Position numbers and translations under genes: made by a program
Notes under the pieces: model-generated
The model's input: the letters and a program-made list of their open reading frames with translations, nothing else
What the model was told of the DNA's origin: nothing
Database searches by the model: none
DNA from: Candidatus Shapirobacteria bacterium
Lineage (GTDB): Bacteria; Patescibacteriota; Microgenomatia; UBA12405; BS750m-G30
Direction: 5' to 3'
Length of the DNA: 64,000 nucleotides
Assembly (NCBI GenBank): GCA_043817235.1
Contig: JBDRHA010000007.1
Location: 137,212 to 201,211, forward strand
Shown here: positions 35,439 through 45,612 of the stretch, piece after piece
How the letters are laid out: each line of letters opens with the position of its first letter
Position numbering within the stretch: position 1 is the first letter of the stretch

Positions 35439-36244
35439 ATAGCCTTCTTTTCCCTCTATTGGCCTGCCCCTACGATCAGGCTGATCTAAAATATTTTGAG
35501 AAAAAAGAAAAATATTTTCAATGTTTTAAGTGCGGACGTCGGTATGATTTTATTGGCGATGTTCCTAATTTTTTACCGGACGATATTCGTTCTTTGACAA
35601 AAGACAATAAGCCTCCCGAGAAGTTTGGAAAAAAATGGCTTCCTGGTTATCGCGGCTGGAGGCCCAATTTAATGGCTAAATTAGTTTCATTTAGCTTTAG
35701 AAGCGACAATGGAAGAGTAAAAGAAAAACTTCCTAGAAATAGGGAGAAGCTTTCAGTTTTAGACGTTGGCTGCGGTGATGACTTTAATGGAGACGTGAAT
35801 ATTGATGTTTATCTGCCCCAGCCGCTTCCCCCTAATTTTTTACTAGCCTCGGGAGAAAAACTACCTTTTAAAAATGATGTCTTTAACATAGTAAGGAGCG
35901 CCTATGTTGTTGAGCATTGCCTAGAGCCAATAGAATTTATTAAGGAACAAATTAGGGTTAGCCAAAAGATAGTCAAGATTTATACGGATAATTCGGATTG
36001 GCTGGGAATCATTGCTTATCGAATTTTGAATACGGGATCAATTTTTCATGACGAACACTATTATAAGTGGTCTAAAGAATATTTTGAAAATATTTTAAAT
36101 AGGCTTAATTTGAAAGGGAAAGTAACTATTTTTAATTCGAGTCCGGCTTTGTTAATCAGGCTTTTGGCTCTTTTGGGAAAACTACCAAGAGTGGGACCAT
36201 TTTTTTATCGAGATTTGGGCGTAGAGATAAAAAAGAAAACTTGA
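35435..36244 (+). CDS. Trm112-like zinc-ribbon domain fused to a class I methyltransferase
   Basis: LACPYD...CFKCGRRY...VPNFL at the N-terminus; LDVGCG, LPFKNDVF and VVEH downstream. Confidence 0.8.
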   Translation: MNSLLFPLLACPYDQADLKYFEKKEKYFQCFKCGRRYDFIGDVPNFLPDDIRSLTKDNKPPEKFGKKWLPGYRGWRPNLMAKLVSFSFRSDNGRVKEKLPRNREKLSVLDVGCGDDFNGDVNIDVYLPQPLPPNFLLASGEKLPFKNDVFNIVRSAYVVEHCLEPIEFIKEQIRVSQKIVKIYTDNSDWLGIIAYRILNTGSIFHDEHYYKWSKEYFENILNRLNLKGKVTIFNSSPALLIRLLALLGKLPRVGPFFYRDLGVEIKKKT

Positions 36245-36290
36245 CTAAAGATTTAAGTAAAAAGCTGTTTTTTAGTTAAAGACTGGAGAG

Positions 36291-37160
36291 GTGAAAAAGG
36301 AAGATAGTATAAAGAAATACGATTATAATAAAAATCCGCAGGGCGGCGATTCTTTTTTTGATATGATTTTGGACAAAAGAACCAGGAGATTTTTAAAAGC
36401 TATCGATAGCCTAAAGAGACCTAAAATTTTAGAAATAGGAATGGGAGAGGGTCGGTTTTTAAAGAAAATAGCTAAGCTCAAACCAAAAGCAAAACTCTTT
36501 GGGGTTGATATTAGCAAAACGGCAATCAAGCAAGCTAAAAAAGACTCTTTCTTAAAGGGTAGTTTTTGGGTGGCTGACGCTCAAAAATTACCTTTTTCAA
36601 AATCGATGTTTGATGTAGTGGTCATGATGGATGTTTTAGAGCATGCAGTCGGTCCTTTAGAAGTAATTTTAGAGGCTAAAAGAGTTTTAAAAAAACAGGG
36701 AATATTTCATTTTTACGTTCCTTGCGAAAATCAGCCCTTTACAGTTGATTATTTTTTGCTAAAAACTTCTTTTTTTGCCAATGTTACTAAAAAGTATCTT
36801 GGCCATATTAACCATTTTTCCCAGACTGATGTCAAAAAGTTGATTAAGAATAATTTTCAAGAACAAGCCTTTACCTATAGCGATCATCTTTTTTCTCAAG
36901 TTTTACATTTTTTTGCTCTTTATTTGCCCAAAATGCTTTTGGAAAAATTCGGGGGAAATGGGCTTGAAAAAAGAACTCGAGATACCCACAAGATGAACAA
37001 AAGCGCCAAAGATCAGTTGCTTTTTACTTTAAAAATCTTTTGGCAGTTTTTTACTCTTCCTGCATTTATTCTAAGTGAGCTAGAAGCTTTTATTCTGAAA
37101 AGAGCTTCGTTTAATGCCAAAGGCTTGCATTTTACAGGGAAAGGAAAAATAGTATTTTAG
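36291..37160 (+). CDS. Class I SAM-dependent methyltransferase
   Basis: ILEIGMGEG, DAQKLPF and DVLEH motifs. Confidence 0.88.
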   Translation: MKKEDSIKKYDYNKNPQGGDSFFDMILDKRTRRFLKAIDSLKRPKILEIGMGEGRFLKKIAKLKPKAKLFGVDISKTAIKQAKKDSFLKGSFWVADAQKLPFSKSMFDVVVMMDVLEHAVGPLEVILEAKRVLKKQGIFHFYVPCENQPFTVDYFLLKTSFFANVTKKYLGHINHFSQTDVKKLIKNNFQEQAFTYSDHLFSQVLHFFALYLPKMLLEKFGGNGLEKRTRDTHKMNKSAKDQLLFTLKIFWQFFTLPAFILSELEAFILKRASFNAKGLHFTGKGKIVF

Positions 37161-37223
37161 CTTATAAGGCGGGATGGAGAAGTCTTTATGTTAAAATACG
37201 AACAATTTAATATTTATTGATCC

Positions 37224-40200
37224 ATGCGTCCAACAAAAGCATTTCCTGTTTTATTTTTTTTAATAATATCCGCTATTTTTTTAAGAGGGGTTATTTTTTC
37301 TTCTGGAATAATTATTGGCGCTGACTGGGGGTTTCCGCTTACCCATCAGCAAATTCAAGTATATTTCAATAACTGTTTATACACCTGGACTCATGTCATG
37401 AATTTATTGGGAGCCCGAAAATCATTTTTTGTGGATATTCCCTTTGGCTTACTGATTAAAGCATTTTCCGAGCTTGGTGTTGAGGGAGATGTTTTCAGCA
37501 AGCTGTTTTTATTTTCAATTTATTTTTTTTCTGGAATATCTGTTTATTCTCTATGCCGTTATTTAGGTTGCCGAAAACATTCTTCAATTTTGGGGGGATT
37601 TATCTTGATCACAATGCCGTTTTTTTTCAATTATTCAATAATGGGCTGGACTTTTGTTCTTTTTTCAGTTGGAGTTATTTTGCCCTGGGCTGTAATTTCA
37701 TTTATAAAATCGGTTGAAGAAAATAATTTGCGCTTTTCTTTAGCAACTGGCTTATTATACTCGCTGGCTGCAATCCAGACCCAGTCAATTATCTGGTATC
37801 CTCTTGTTTTTTTGGCTTTGGCCGTTTATTTAATTAAAGATAAAAAAACGTTTTTTAAATACTTACGCTCCTTTTTGTTTATCTTGTTAACTTTCTTACT
37901 AATTCATGCTGCTTGGTGGCCGTCTTTGTTTTTTTATCGCGATACTAATATTTTAGGCTCAAAACTGGTCAATGAAACTATGAGCTTGGGCACCTGGGCC
38001 AGATTGAGCTTCAGCAACATTATTCGCGGCTGGGGAAGTATTTTTAATTACCAATACGAAACAGCTTATCCATACTCTTTGCTATTTGCTTCTTTTTTAA
38101 CCCCTTTGACTGTCGTATTTTCTCTGCTTTTTCTGAAGAAGAAAAGAAAAACAGTTATTCCGTTTTTTTTGATATTTTTGGTTCCTTTATTTTTGTTTTG
38201 TCTGGGCCCTAAAGTTATTGCTAAAATACCCTTTTCTAATTTTATTCGAGATATAGCCAGGTTTATTTCTATTTCTTCTTTCGCTGCCACTATATTAATG
38301 ACTATTTTTTTTGATTTTCTATTAAGATCAAAAAGTAAAATATTAAATTATTCAGCTGTCTTTTTTATTTTTCTGGTGTTGTTTAATTCATTCCCTTTTT
38401 TCTCCGGAAAATTATACGGAGAGCAAAAGAGCACCCATGACGTTCGGTTAAGGACTTATGATTTTCCCGATGATTACCGGATAGTCGAAGATTATTTAGC
38501 TAATTTATCAACTAATTCTCGGGCTTTTTATCTGCCCGGTGACGAAGTTGTTTATTCGAGTAGTAATTTATATTTTTCTGGTAATTATCACGGAATGAGA
38601 GATCTTTTTAAAATCTACTCTCCTCTAGCTGGGGGAATTAACCTCTACAATAGCGGGGCAGGGAAGCCCCAGAATATTGACCTTCTTGTTAATCAATTAA
38701 TGGAAAAGAGGCAGTGGGATGATCTTGTTCGCCTTTTGCGATTTTTGGGAGTAAGTCAAATTGTAGTTAGGAAAGATTTAGACTATTCTTATATCGTCAA
38801 TTATCAGTTTATTAAGAATTTTCTGGAAAAAGAAAAAGAAATAAAAAAACGCGACGATTTGGATTTTGAGAATATTGTGGTTTTTGAAAATGAAAGTTGT
38901 TTTCCTCATTTTTACGTTCCTCAGAAACTGGTACTTTCTTCAGCAGGAATAGGCGTTTTGCCAGAATTATTGGATTTGTATGAAAATAATCCTGCGCTGG
39001 GAATTTATTTCCAGACCTTCGTGTCGGAGGCGACTCCCAAAAAAGCGCCGCTGGCTTTGAATAAATTTAATGAGTTTTTGGTTGAAGTTGAGCCAGAGAA
39101 TTTAAAAGAGGCGATTATTGGCTTGGGTGCTCCAGATGAAGAGGTGATTTATCCTTATGTTAAGCATCGACCGGGGGGTGCTTTCTACAGCCTAGTTTTC
39201 CTCAAGGAAAAAGGAGATGAGCTTTGGGCAAGAAAAAATCTTGAAAAGTTAGTAGATAAAAAACTTTTTTATGCCAATAAAAGAATTAACGAGACTCTTC
39301 AGTTTGGAGCTGACAGATCCGAAGCATATCAAAATAAGCTTGGCGAGATTATTAACTTAATAAAAGGAGTTAAAAACACTGAAACCAGAATTTTATTGGC
39401 GGTAAAAACTAAAAACTACTTATTGGATAACGAGAAAAGAATTAGCAAGCTATCTGAAAAGGCGAAGGGAAATTTTCCCTTCGCCTTTGGAGTAATAAAA
39501 AAACAATTGGAGGAGATTTATCAGTGGTCAGAGGCAGACTTTGTTAATCTGGAATATTCTTTTGAAGTTCCCGAACAAGGAAATTATGAATTATACTTGG
39601 GCGGACTAGCGCCGGAATTATTGCTCAGTTTGACGATTGATAGCCAGAATTATGAGCAGGAGGAAAATTGGGAAGACGAAAGCAAGTTAAGCAAGGTAAG
39701 GGATTTGGAGCTTAGGGCGGGGGAGCATCAAGGGGCAATTCAGTTATTTTCATTAGAAAATTTAGCTAACCAAGAATGGAAGGTTTTTAAAGAGCTAAGC
39801 CTGGAAGAGGGCGACATTCAATTCTCTCCCCAAGGGTTTTACCCCAATGCTGACAACATTATTTATCAAAATATCAGAAACTGGGAGCCCAATAGCCTTT
39901 ATTATTTGTCTTTTGATTACGAGCTTAGCGGTGGCGTTTTGGGTTTAGGAGTTTTAGAGCAAAATACTACTTATTTTCAGGGGAAAGACCGCCTAGTTAC
40001 GGAAAAAATATTAGAAAAAAAACTTGAGATTTCAGTTGCGGATGAACTATCCGAAAGTAATTTATCCGAAAAGAGCTGGGATAATTACCAAACTATAATT
40101 CGTTCTAGCCCCAATGCTATAAAAGCTGATATTTATTTATATGCAATTGCCAAACCTAATCAGTTTGCTAAATTAAATTTTAAGAATTTTAAGATTAATA

Positions 40201-40760
40201 AAGTTCGCAATCCTAAGGTTATTTTGAAAGCAGATCTTGGGAATGAGGTTTTCGACGGAAACAGCCCTGTAATTACTTTTACTAAAATTAATCCTGCTAA
40301 GTATTTAGTTGAAGTAAAGAATGCCCAGGGACCGTACGAGCTAATTTTTAATGAAACTTTTAATTTGGGCTGGAGAGCTTATATTTCCGAAGCTAATAGC
40401 AATAGTAGTTTGGACGAAGATGATTTGCTTTCAGCTAATTATTTTGGAGAAAAAGTCAAGGAAAAAATTCAGCAAAATCTATTTCTGGGCGGCAATATAT
40501 TTGAAACTTGGGGTAAAAAATCAATTCCCAGTGATCGTCACTTCTTAGTTAATGGCTATGCTAATGCTTGGCATATTACTCCTGAGGACAGTAATGATCG
40601 GGGAGACTACGAAATCATAATTGAATTTTTGCCTCAAAAGTTATTTTACTTAGGTTTTTTTGTTTCTTTGAATACTTTAGTTTTTAGCCTAGGGTGGTTT
40701 TTGATAGATTTTCGGAAAAAACGCCCTCGTTTTATGGGAAAAAGCAAAAGAGATTTTTAG
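37224..40760 (+). CDS. Large membrane protein: AftD/DUF3367-like GT-C N-terminus plus a long extracytoplasmic region
   Basis: GADWGFP, about 12 TM helices, RDIARF, C-terminal INPAKY.V...FNETFN.GW...VNGYANAW and a final TM helix. Confidence 0.65.
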   Translation: MRPTKAFPVLFFLIISAIFLRGVIFSSGIIIGADWGFPLTHQQIQVYFNNCLYTWTHVMNLLGARKSFFVDIPFGLLIKAFSELGVEGDVFSKLFLFSIYFFSGISVYSLCRYLGCRKHSSILGGFILITMPFFFNYSIMGWTFVLFSVGVILPWAVISFIKSVEENNLRFSLATGLLYSLAAIQTQSIIWYPLVFLALAVYLIKDKKTFFKYLRSFLFILLTFLLIHAAWWPSLFFYRDTNILGSKLVNETMSLGTWARLSFSNIIRGWGSIFNYQYETAYPYSLLFASFLTPLTVVFSLLFLKKKRKTVIPFFLIFLVPLFLFCLGPKVIAKIPFSNFIRDIARFISISSFAATILMTIFFDFLLRSKSKILNYSAVFFIFLVLFNSFPFFSGKLYGEQKSTHDVRLRTYDFPDDYRIVEDYLANLSTNSRAFYLPGDEVVYSSSNLYFSGNYHGMRDLFKIYSPLAGGINLYNSGAGKPQNIDLLVNQLMEKRQWDDLVRLLRFLGVSQIVVRKDLDYSYIVNYQFIKNFLEKEKEIKKRDDLDFENIVVFENESCFPHFYVPQKLVLSSAGIGVLPELLDLYENNPALGIYFQTFVSEATPKKAPLALNKFNEFLVEVEPENLKEAIIGLGAPDEEVIYPYVKHRPGGAFYSLVFLKEKGDELWARKNLEKLVDKKLFYANKRINETLQFGADRSEAYQNKLGEIINLIKGVKNTETRILLAVKTKNYLLDNEKRISKLSEKAKGNFPFAFGVIKKQLEEIYQWSEADFVNLEYSFEVPEQGNYELYLGGLAPELLLSLTIDSQNYEQEENWEDESKLSKVRDLELRAGEHQGAIQLFSLENLANQEWKVFKELSLEEGDIQFSPQGFYPNADNIIYQNIRNWEPNSLYYLSFDYELSGGVLGLGVLEQNTTYFQGKDRLVTEKILEKKLEISVADELSESNLSEKSWDNYQTIIRSSPNAIKADIYLYAIAKPNQFAKLNFKNFKINKVRNPKVILKADLGNEVFDGNSPVITFTKINPAKYLVEVKNAQGPYELIFNETFNLGWRAYISEANSNSSLDEDDLLSANYFGEKVKEKIQQNLFLGGNIFETWGKKSIPSDRHFLVNGYANAWHITPEDSNDRGDYEIIIEFLPQKLFYLGFFVSLNTLVFSLGWFLIDFRKKRPRFMGKSKRDF

Positions 40761-42047
40761 ATGGTTGACAAAATCGTTAAAAATAAGCTCTGCGCCAATT
40801 GCGGGACTTGTATTTCTGCCTGTCCAATTAGCGCTATTTCCTATAAGCAGGAAAAAAATAATTTCGAAATCAGAGTAAATAAAAGAAAATGTTCAAAATG
40901 CGGGCTATGTCTTCAAGTTTGTCCGGGGCTGGGAGTGGATTTTAAAAACTTAAATCAAGAAAATTTTTCTAAAAAAAGCCAGGTAAAATATGATCCCAAT
41001 TTGGGTTATTTTCGAAACTGCTATCTAGGCTATTCTAGAAATAAAAAATTGCGTTCTCAGTGTGCTTCCGGAGGAGTGGCCACATCTATTTTGCTTTATC
41101 TTTTAAAAAATAAAATTGTTGATGGGGCTTTAGTGACTGGCATAGATTCCCGGAAGCCTCTGATCCCTAAGCCTTTTATTGCCTATCGTCAAAAAGAGGT
41201 TATTGGGGCTAGGGGGTCAAAATACGCGCCAGTTGTTTTAAACCAATATCTTAAAAAAATAATTAATTCCCAAAAAGAAAAATTTGCAGTAGTTGGTTTG
41301 CCTTGCCATATTGAAGGGATCAGAAAGCTTCAAAAGACAAATCCTATTTTAAGAAAAAAAATTAAGTTTTGTTTAGGTCTTATGTGTGGACAGGGGCTTA
41401 ATTTTTACGCAACCAGTTTTATTTTAAAACAATTAAGACTAAGATCTGAGGAAATAAGAGAGTTTCAATACCGAGGGGAAGGGTGGCCGGGCGATATAAC
41501 CGCTATTAAAAAAAATGGCCAGGTGAAAAAAGTTTCTTTTTTCCGGGTCTTTAAATTATTTTCCATAGGGTTTTTTAATTGGGAAAGATGCTTTTTGTGT
41601 CCAGATTTAACTAATGAACTGGCCGACATTTCTTTAGGTGATGCCTGGATACCAAGACTGATGAAAAGTAAAAAAGGAATAAACGTCATTATCAGCCGGA
41701 CCCAAGCGGGGCAGGACCTGGTTGACAGACTAAAGGAAGATATTTTTTATAAACCGGTAAGCCCAAAAGCAATTGTGAAATCACAAAAGATAAAATTATT
41801 CTGCAAAAAGGATTGTCATGTTTTGCTCGCTAAAGTAGCTAGAATATTAAAACTAGGTGTTCCGGTATACAATAAAAGATCGGAAAGCAGGATTAGGCCA
41901 TTATCAATGATTGCCGTTCTTTCTTATCTGAATTCTTTTTTCTCTAATAAATTCCCAAAAATGTTTTTAGGAATACCGTTATTCCTCTGGAATTTATTTG
42001 CTACAATAAATAAAAAAATGCTGAATGCTTATAAAAAGAAATTTTAA
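40761..42047 (+). CDS. F420 hydrogenase/dehydrogenase beta-subunit (FrhB)-like protein with N-terminal 2x[4Fe-4S] ferredoxin
   Basis: Two CxxCxxCxxxCP motifs; ASGG, GSKY, VGLPCHI, YRGEGWPG and ADISLGDAW. Confidence 0.88.
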   Translation: MVDKIVKNKLCANCGTCISACPISAISYKQEKNNFEIRVNKRKCSKCGLCLQVCPGLGVDFKNLNQENFSKKSQVKYDPNLGYFRNCYLGYSRNKKLRSQCASGGVATSILLYLLKNKIVDGALVTGIDSRKPLIPKPFIAYRQKEVIGARGSKYAPVVLNQYLKKIINSQKEKFAVVGLPCHIEGIRKLQKTNPILRKKIKFCLGLMCGQGLNFYATSFILKQLRLRSEEIREFQYRGEGWPGDITAIKKNGQVKKVSFFRVFKLFSIGFFNWERCFLCPDLTNELADISLGDAWIPRLMKSKKGINVIISRTQAGQDLVDRLKEDIFYKPVSPKAIVKSQKIKLFCKKDCHVLLAKVARILKLGVPVYNKRSESRIRPLSMIAVLSYLNSFFSNKFPKMFLGIPLFLWNLFATINKKMLNAYKKKF

Positions 42048-42067
42048 CAGCTGAAAAACATTGGCAA

Positions 42068-43309
42068 ATGAAAGCAATTACTATTTCTTCTTTTACCGGG
42101 TTTTGTAGTCGAGGATCAGAAGCTCTGTTAAGAGTCAGAACAGAGTCGATCAGGAAATTGGTTCCTCAAGTTAAATTCTATGTTTTAACTGTTTATACAG
42201 AGACTTGTAGGCCGATAAAAGGGGTTGAGTATATTAAAACTTTTGGGGCCAGGAGAGAAAAGTTTCGTTCGCTAAAATATTTTATTGCCACCCTTGTTAA
42301 AGCAATTTCTTGGACATTTAGCGCCTGGACTTATCGCTTTTTTAATTACTGTCCCAACAAAAGCGTTAAGAAACTTTCCTCTTCGGAAATTTTTATTTCT
42401 TCGGACGGAGATGTTCTGGGCGAAGATTATGGCTTCTTTCCCCTTTTATGGAGAATGTATTTTTTATCTTTAGGGATTGTGATGAAAAAACCAGTGTTTA
42501 TTTATGCAGCAGGGCCAGGTCCTTTTAAAAGTAGGCTGGGGAAAGCTATTTCTAGATTTTTATTTAAAAGGTGTATTTACATTTCAGTTCGAGAAAAAGG
42601 ATCTTTAGATCATTTAGCTGGCTTAGGAATAGATAAAAAGAAAATAGATTTAGTGGCTGATTCCGCTTTCTTGCTAAAACCTGCTGCTAAAAATTTGAAC
42701 TATCGAAGGAAGGGAAAAAAATTAATCGGGGTAGCTGTAAGTGAGCTAGTTTCTGCTTATGGCTTTCCGCCCAAGGAGGGAAAAAATCCTTATGTTTCTT
42801 TCGTTGATTTCATGGCTGGGCTAATAGACTGGATAATTGAAAATTTAAATGCCGATATCATTATGGTAGCTCATGCTATTCAAGCGAAAAGAGACGATTA
42901 TCAGACTGCCCAGGATATTTTTAAGAGAATAAAAAACAAAAATAAGGTCAAGATTTTAAGTAAAAGCTTTGGGGCTGCTGATTATAAAAAGGCAATTTCT
43001 CATTGCGACTTAATGATTGCTTCTCGGCTGCATGCGGCCATTGCTGCTTTATCAAGCTTTGTGCCGGCAATTGGGATTGCTTATTCTCATAAAATGGATG
43101 GTATTTATCGTAGCTTAGGGGTGGGTGATTTAGTGATTGATATAAAGACCTGCGATGGGAGAATTAAAACTAAGATTAAAAAAGCTTTGGCAGATTCTAA
43201 CCTTATTAAAAGGAAACTAAGGGCCAAAATGCCTTTAGTTAAAAAATTAGCAGAAAAACCGGCTTTCGAGCTTGCCAGGATATTAAAGGAGAGAACAAAA
43301 GGCTCCTAA
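42068..43309 (+). CDS. Polysaccharide pyruvyl transferase (WcaK/CsaB-like)
   Basis: GPGPF, ISVRE..S, DSAF and RLHAAI...YSHK motifs. Confidence 0.88.
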   Translation: MKAITISSFTGFCSRGSEALLRVRTESIRKLVPQVKFYVLTVYTETCRPIKGVEYIKTFGARREKFRSLKYFIATLVKAISWTFSAWTYRFFNYCPNKSVKKLSSSEIFISSDGDVLGEDYGFFPLLWRMYFLSLGIVMKKPVFIYAAGPGPFKSRLGKAISRFLFKRCIYISVREKGSLDHLAGLGIDKKKIDLVADSAFLLKPAAKNLNYRRKGKKLIGVAVSELVSAYGFPPKEGKNPYVSFVDFMAGLIDWIIENLNADIIMVAHAIQAKRDDYQTAQDIFKRIKNKNKVKILSKSFGAADYKKAISHCDLMIASRLHAAIAALSSFVPAIGIAYSHKMDGIYRSLGVGDLVIDIKTCDGRIKTKIKKALADSNLIKRKLRAKMPLVKKLAEKPAFELARILKERTKGS

Positions 43310-43361
43310 TAATTTAAAAAAAATTAGGAAGAAGGCGGAAAGATAAGAATCAGGATTAAAG

Positions 43362-45605
43362 ATGAATTCTAAAAAATTGTTTACTTTTCTTGTTGCCACG
43401 ATAACTCTACTTGTATCGGGAGTGATTTTCAAGGATGTTTTTGCCAATTATTTTTTAACCGAATACCAAGAGATTGAAATTAAGGAGTTTCTTGAGGAGA
43501 ACGAAAATGATCCTGGATGGTCGAAAACCTTTGCCTCTTTAGCCGAGAGCCAGGGAATGACTATTGGTCAAGTATCGGCCAGAAATCCAGGAATAATCCG
43601 ATTTTTATTTAAAGAGCCAATTTCCCTTGACGGTTTTTCCTTGTTTTTTTACGGTAACCTTCATTCGCATAGCTCGGCTTTGGCAGAAGAGTTCTGGGTT
43701 TATTGTTTAAATCAGGAAGGTGAATGGATTTTGCTTGATGAAGTTAAAAACAATAGCCTGCCATTTTATCGATTAATTTTGCCGAACGAAGTAAAAGCCA
43801 AGGCTCTTGAGATTATTATTACCAAACCTGCTTTTTGGGAGGATTCTTTTAGCGGTCCAATTTGGTATAAAGATTTTGAGTTTTTAAAAAAAGAGCCCAT
43901 TAATGTTATTCAGGGGATTAAGCACTTTTTTAATGAAAATAAAAATAGCTTACTGTCTTATTGGGTTTATTATTTTCTGTTTTTAGCTCTTTTATTTTTG
44001 CCTGGTTGGGTAATTGCCTCTTTTATCGAAAAAAAGAAAAAATTGATTTTTGATCCTGATTTAAAATTTATTTTCAGTCCTGTTTTCTCCATTGTTTTTC
44101 TGTTTTTAAGCACGATTCTTTATCTTTTAAGCGGAGCTAAAATTATTCTCGGTTCTTATTTACTTGTTTTGCTAATTAGCTTAATTACTTTTTTGAAAAT
44201 GAGAATGTATCAAAACCCTTTTAAGCCAAAGCAAGCCTTAATTTTTATACTCTTAGCCCTTTTTGTTCTTTTTCTGACCATTGCTCATCGAGATTATTTT
44301 TATAACCTTCAATATATTGGCAAGTATTTAGACAACCTAGAACCAGTGCCTTTAGATGGATACTTCGGCTATTTTGCTGACAATCTTTTTCCCTGGAGAC
44401 TGGGGAGAATTTATTTACACCGAATGCCCTTGTTTAGTCCTGAAGCCCAACTGTTTTTGGAAAAAACAAATATTTTTGATCGTACTCCACTGCTGCCGAT
44501 GATCATTGCTGGCATTTTGGGTGTTTTTGGAGAGGGTCATTTTGTTTATCAGCGGTTTATCGAAGCTTTAGGTGTTTTAATTTACCCTGTTTTTTATGTC
44601 TTGATAAAAAAATATTTTTCCCAAAGAATTGCCTTAATCACTCTTTTTCTGATGTTAATTAATGTTCCTCTTTCTTTTACTCCTTTTAACGCCGAATATT
44701 TTTACAAATACTTTGCTCTTTACCCGATCTTATTGGCCCTTATTCTATTAATTACTAACAAGGATTCAAATAAGATTTTTATTGGGCTTTTGGCTGGGTT
44801 TTCTTTTCTGATCCACCCTTTTACCTTATTTTTTAGCGCCACTCTCTTACTTGTTTATTTAGTCAGATACAAAAATATTTTTAAGTTTATTAGAAGCTGT
44901 TTTCCGATAATGGCTATTCTCCTTTTCTTGTTTATCCTCTGGTCTTTCGGGCCTAAAATATTCGGCATCGAGAAAACAGGCGGAGGTTTTCAAAATTTCT
45001 ATTTTGACCTTTATCAAAGAAGGTTTTTAGAATTAAAGCAGAATTTTGGGTTAAATAAATTAATTGGCTTTGTCTATATTTTTATTCCTAACGTTTTGCG
45101 GAAAGGAGTGAATGCGGAAACAATTCCGGTTTACTCCAAAGAGTTTAGCTCCGAGTTTTTTAAGTATTCTCTGCTTTCTAACCTTACCCCCTTGTTTTTT
45201 ATTCTTTTTCTACTTTTTGCGGTTAAAAACTTTAGAAGGAATTTAGAGCTTATTATTTTTGCAATATCGCCTTTGCTACTATATTGGCTTTTTTATGTTA
45301 ATGGCCGCAATCAGGCTTTTAATTACGGTGCCTTTTATTTTCATCTTTATCCATTTTCCTTGCCCTTTTTTCTTTCTGGAGCTGCAAGATGGCTTTCTGG
45401 CCGGAAAAAAATAGTCAAAGCTATCTTTTTAGGTAGTTATGTTATTTTTATGATTTTTAATCTATATTACATTTCTGGTAATTTTATTGATATGAGCTGC
45501 GCCTCTTGGATCGTAAAGGGTCTTTTAGGGATGATTCTGATCAGCTATCTTTTTCTTTCCCTATTATTGTTTAATGTGGCTGTTTTTAATCTAGAAAAAA
45601 ACTAA
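43362..45605 (+). CDS. Multi-pass membrane protein, probable GT-C with an N-terminal extracytoplasmic beta domain
   Basis: DNLFPW, DRTPLLP and LIHP motifs; more than 10 TM helices; located in the glycan locus. Confidence 0.6.
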   Translation: MNSKKLFTFLVATITLLVSGVIFKDVFANYFLTEYQEIEIKEFLEENENDPGWSKTFASLAESQGMTIGQVSARNPGIIRFLFKEPISLDGFSLFFYGNLHSHSSALAEEFWVYCLNQEGEWILLDEVKNNSLPFYRLILPNEVKAKALEIIITKPAFWEDSFSGPIWYKDFEFLKKEPINVIQGIKHFFNENKNSLLSYWVYYFLFLALLFLPGWVIASFIEKKKKLIFDPDLKFIFSPVFSIVFLFLSTILYLLSGAKIILGSYLLVLLISLITFLKMRMYQNPFKPKQALIFILLALFVLFLTIAHRDYFYNLQYIGKYLDNLEPVPLDGYFGYFADNLFPWRLGRIYLHRMPLFSPEAQLFLEKTNIFDRTPLLPMIIAGILGVFGEGHFVYQRFIEALGVLIYPVFYVLIKKYFSQRIALITLFLMLINVPLSFTPFNAEYFYKYFALYPILLALILLITNKDSNKIFIGLLAGFSFLIHPFTLFFSATLLLVYLVRYKNIFKFIRSCFPIMAILLFLFILWSFGPKIFGIEKTGGGFQNFYFDLYQRRFLELKQNFGLNKLIGFVYIFIPNVLRKGVNAETIPVYSKEFSSEFFKYSLLSNLTPLFFILFLLFAVKNFRRNLELIIFAISPLLLYWLFYVNGRNQAFNYGAFYFHLYPFSLPFFLSGAARWLSGRKKIVKAIFLGSYVIFMIFNLYYISGNFIDMSCASWIVKGLLGMILISYLFLSLLLFNVAVFNLEKN

Positions 45606-45612
45606 TCTGCTA

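Noticed and set aside
40761-42047. Evidence of methanogen-type F420 hydrogenase or archaeal origin
   Set aside because: No other hydrogenase subunits are present, FrhB-like genes are known in bacterial polysaccharide loci, and the promoters and YchF look bacterial.
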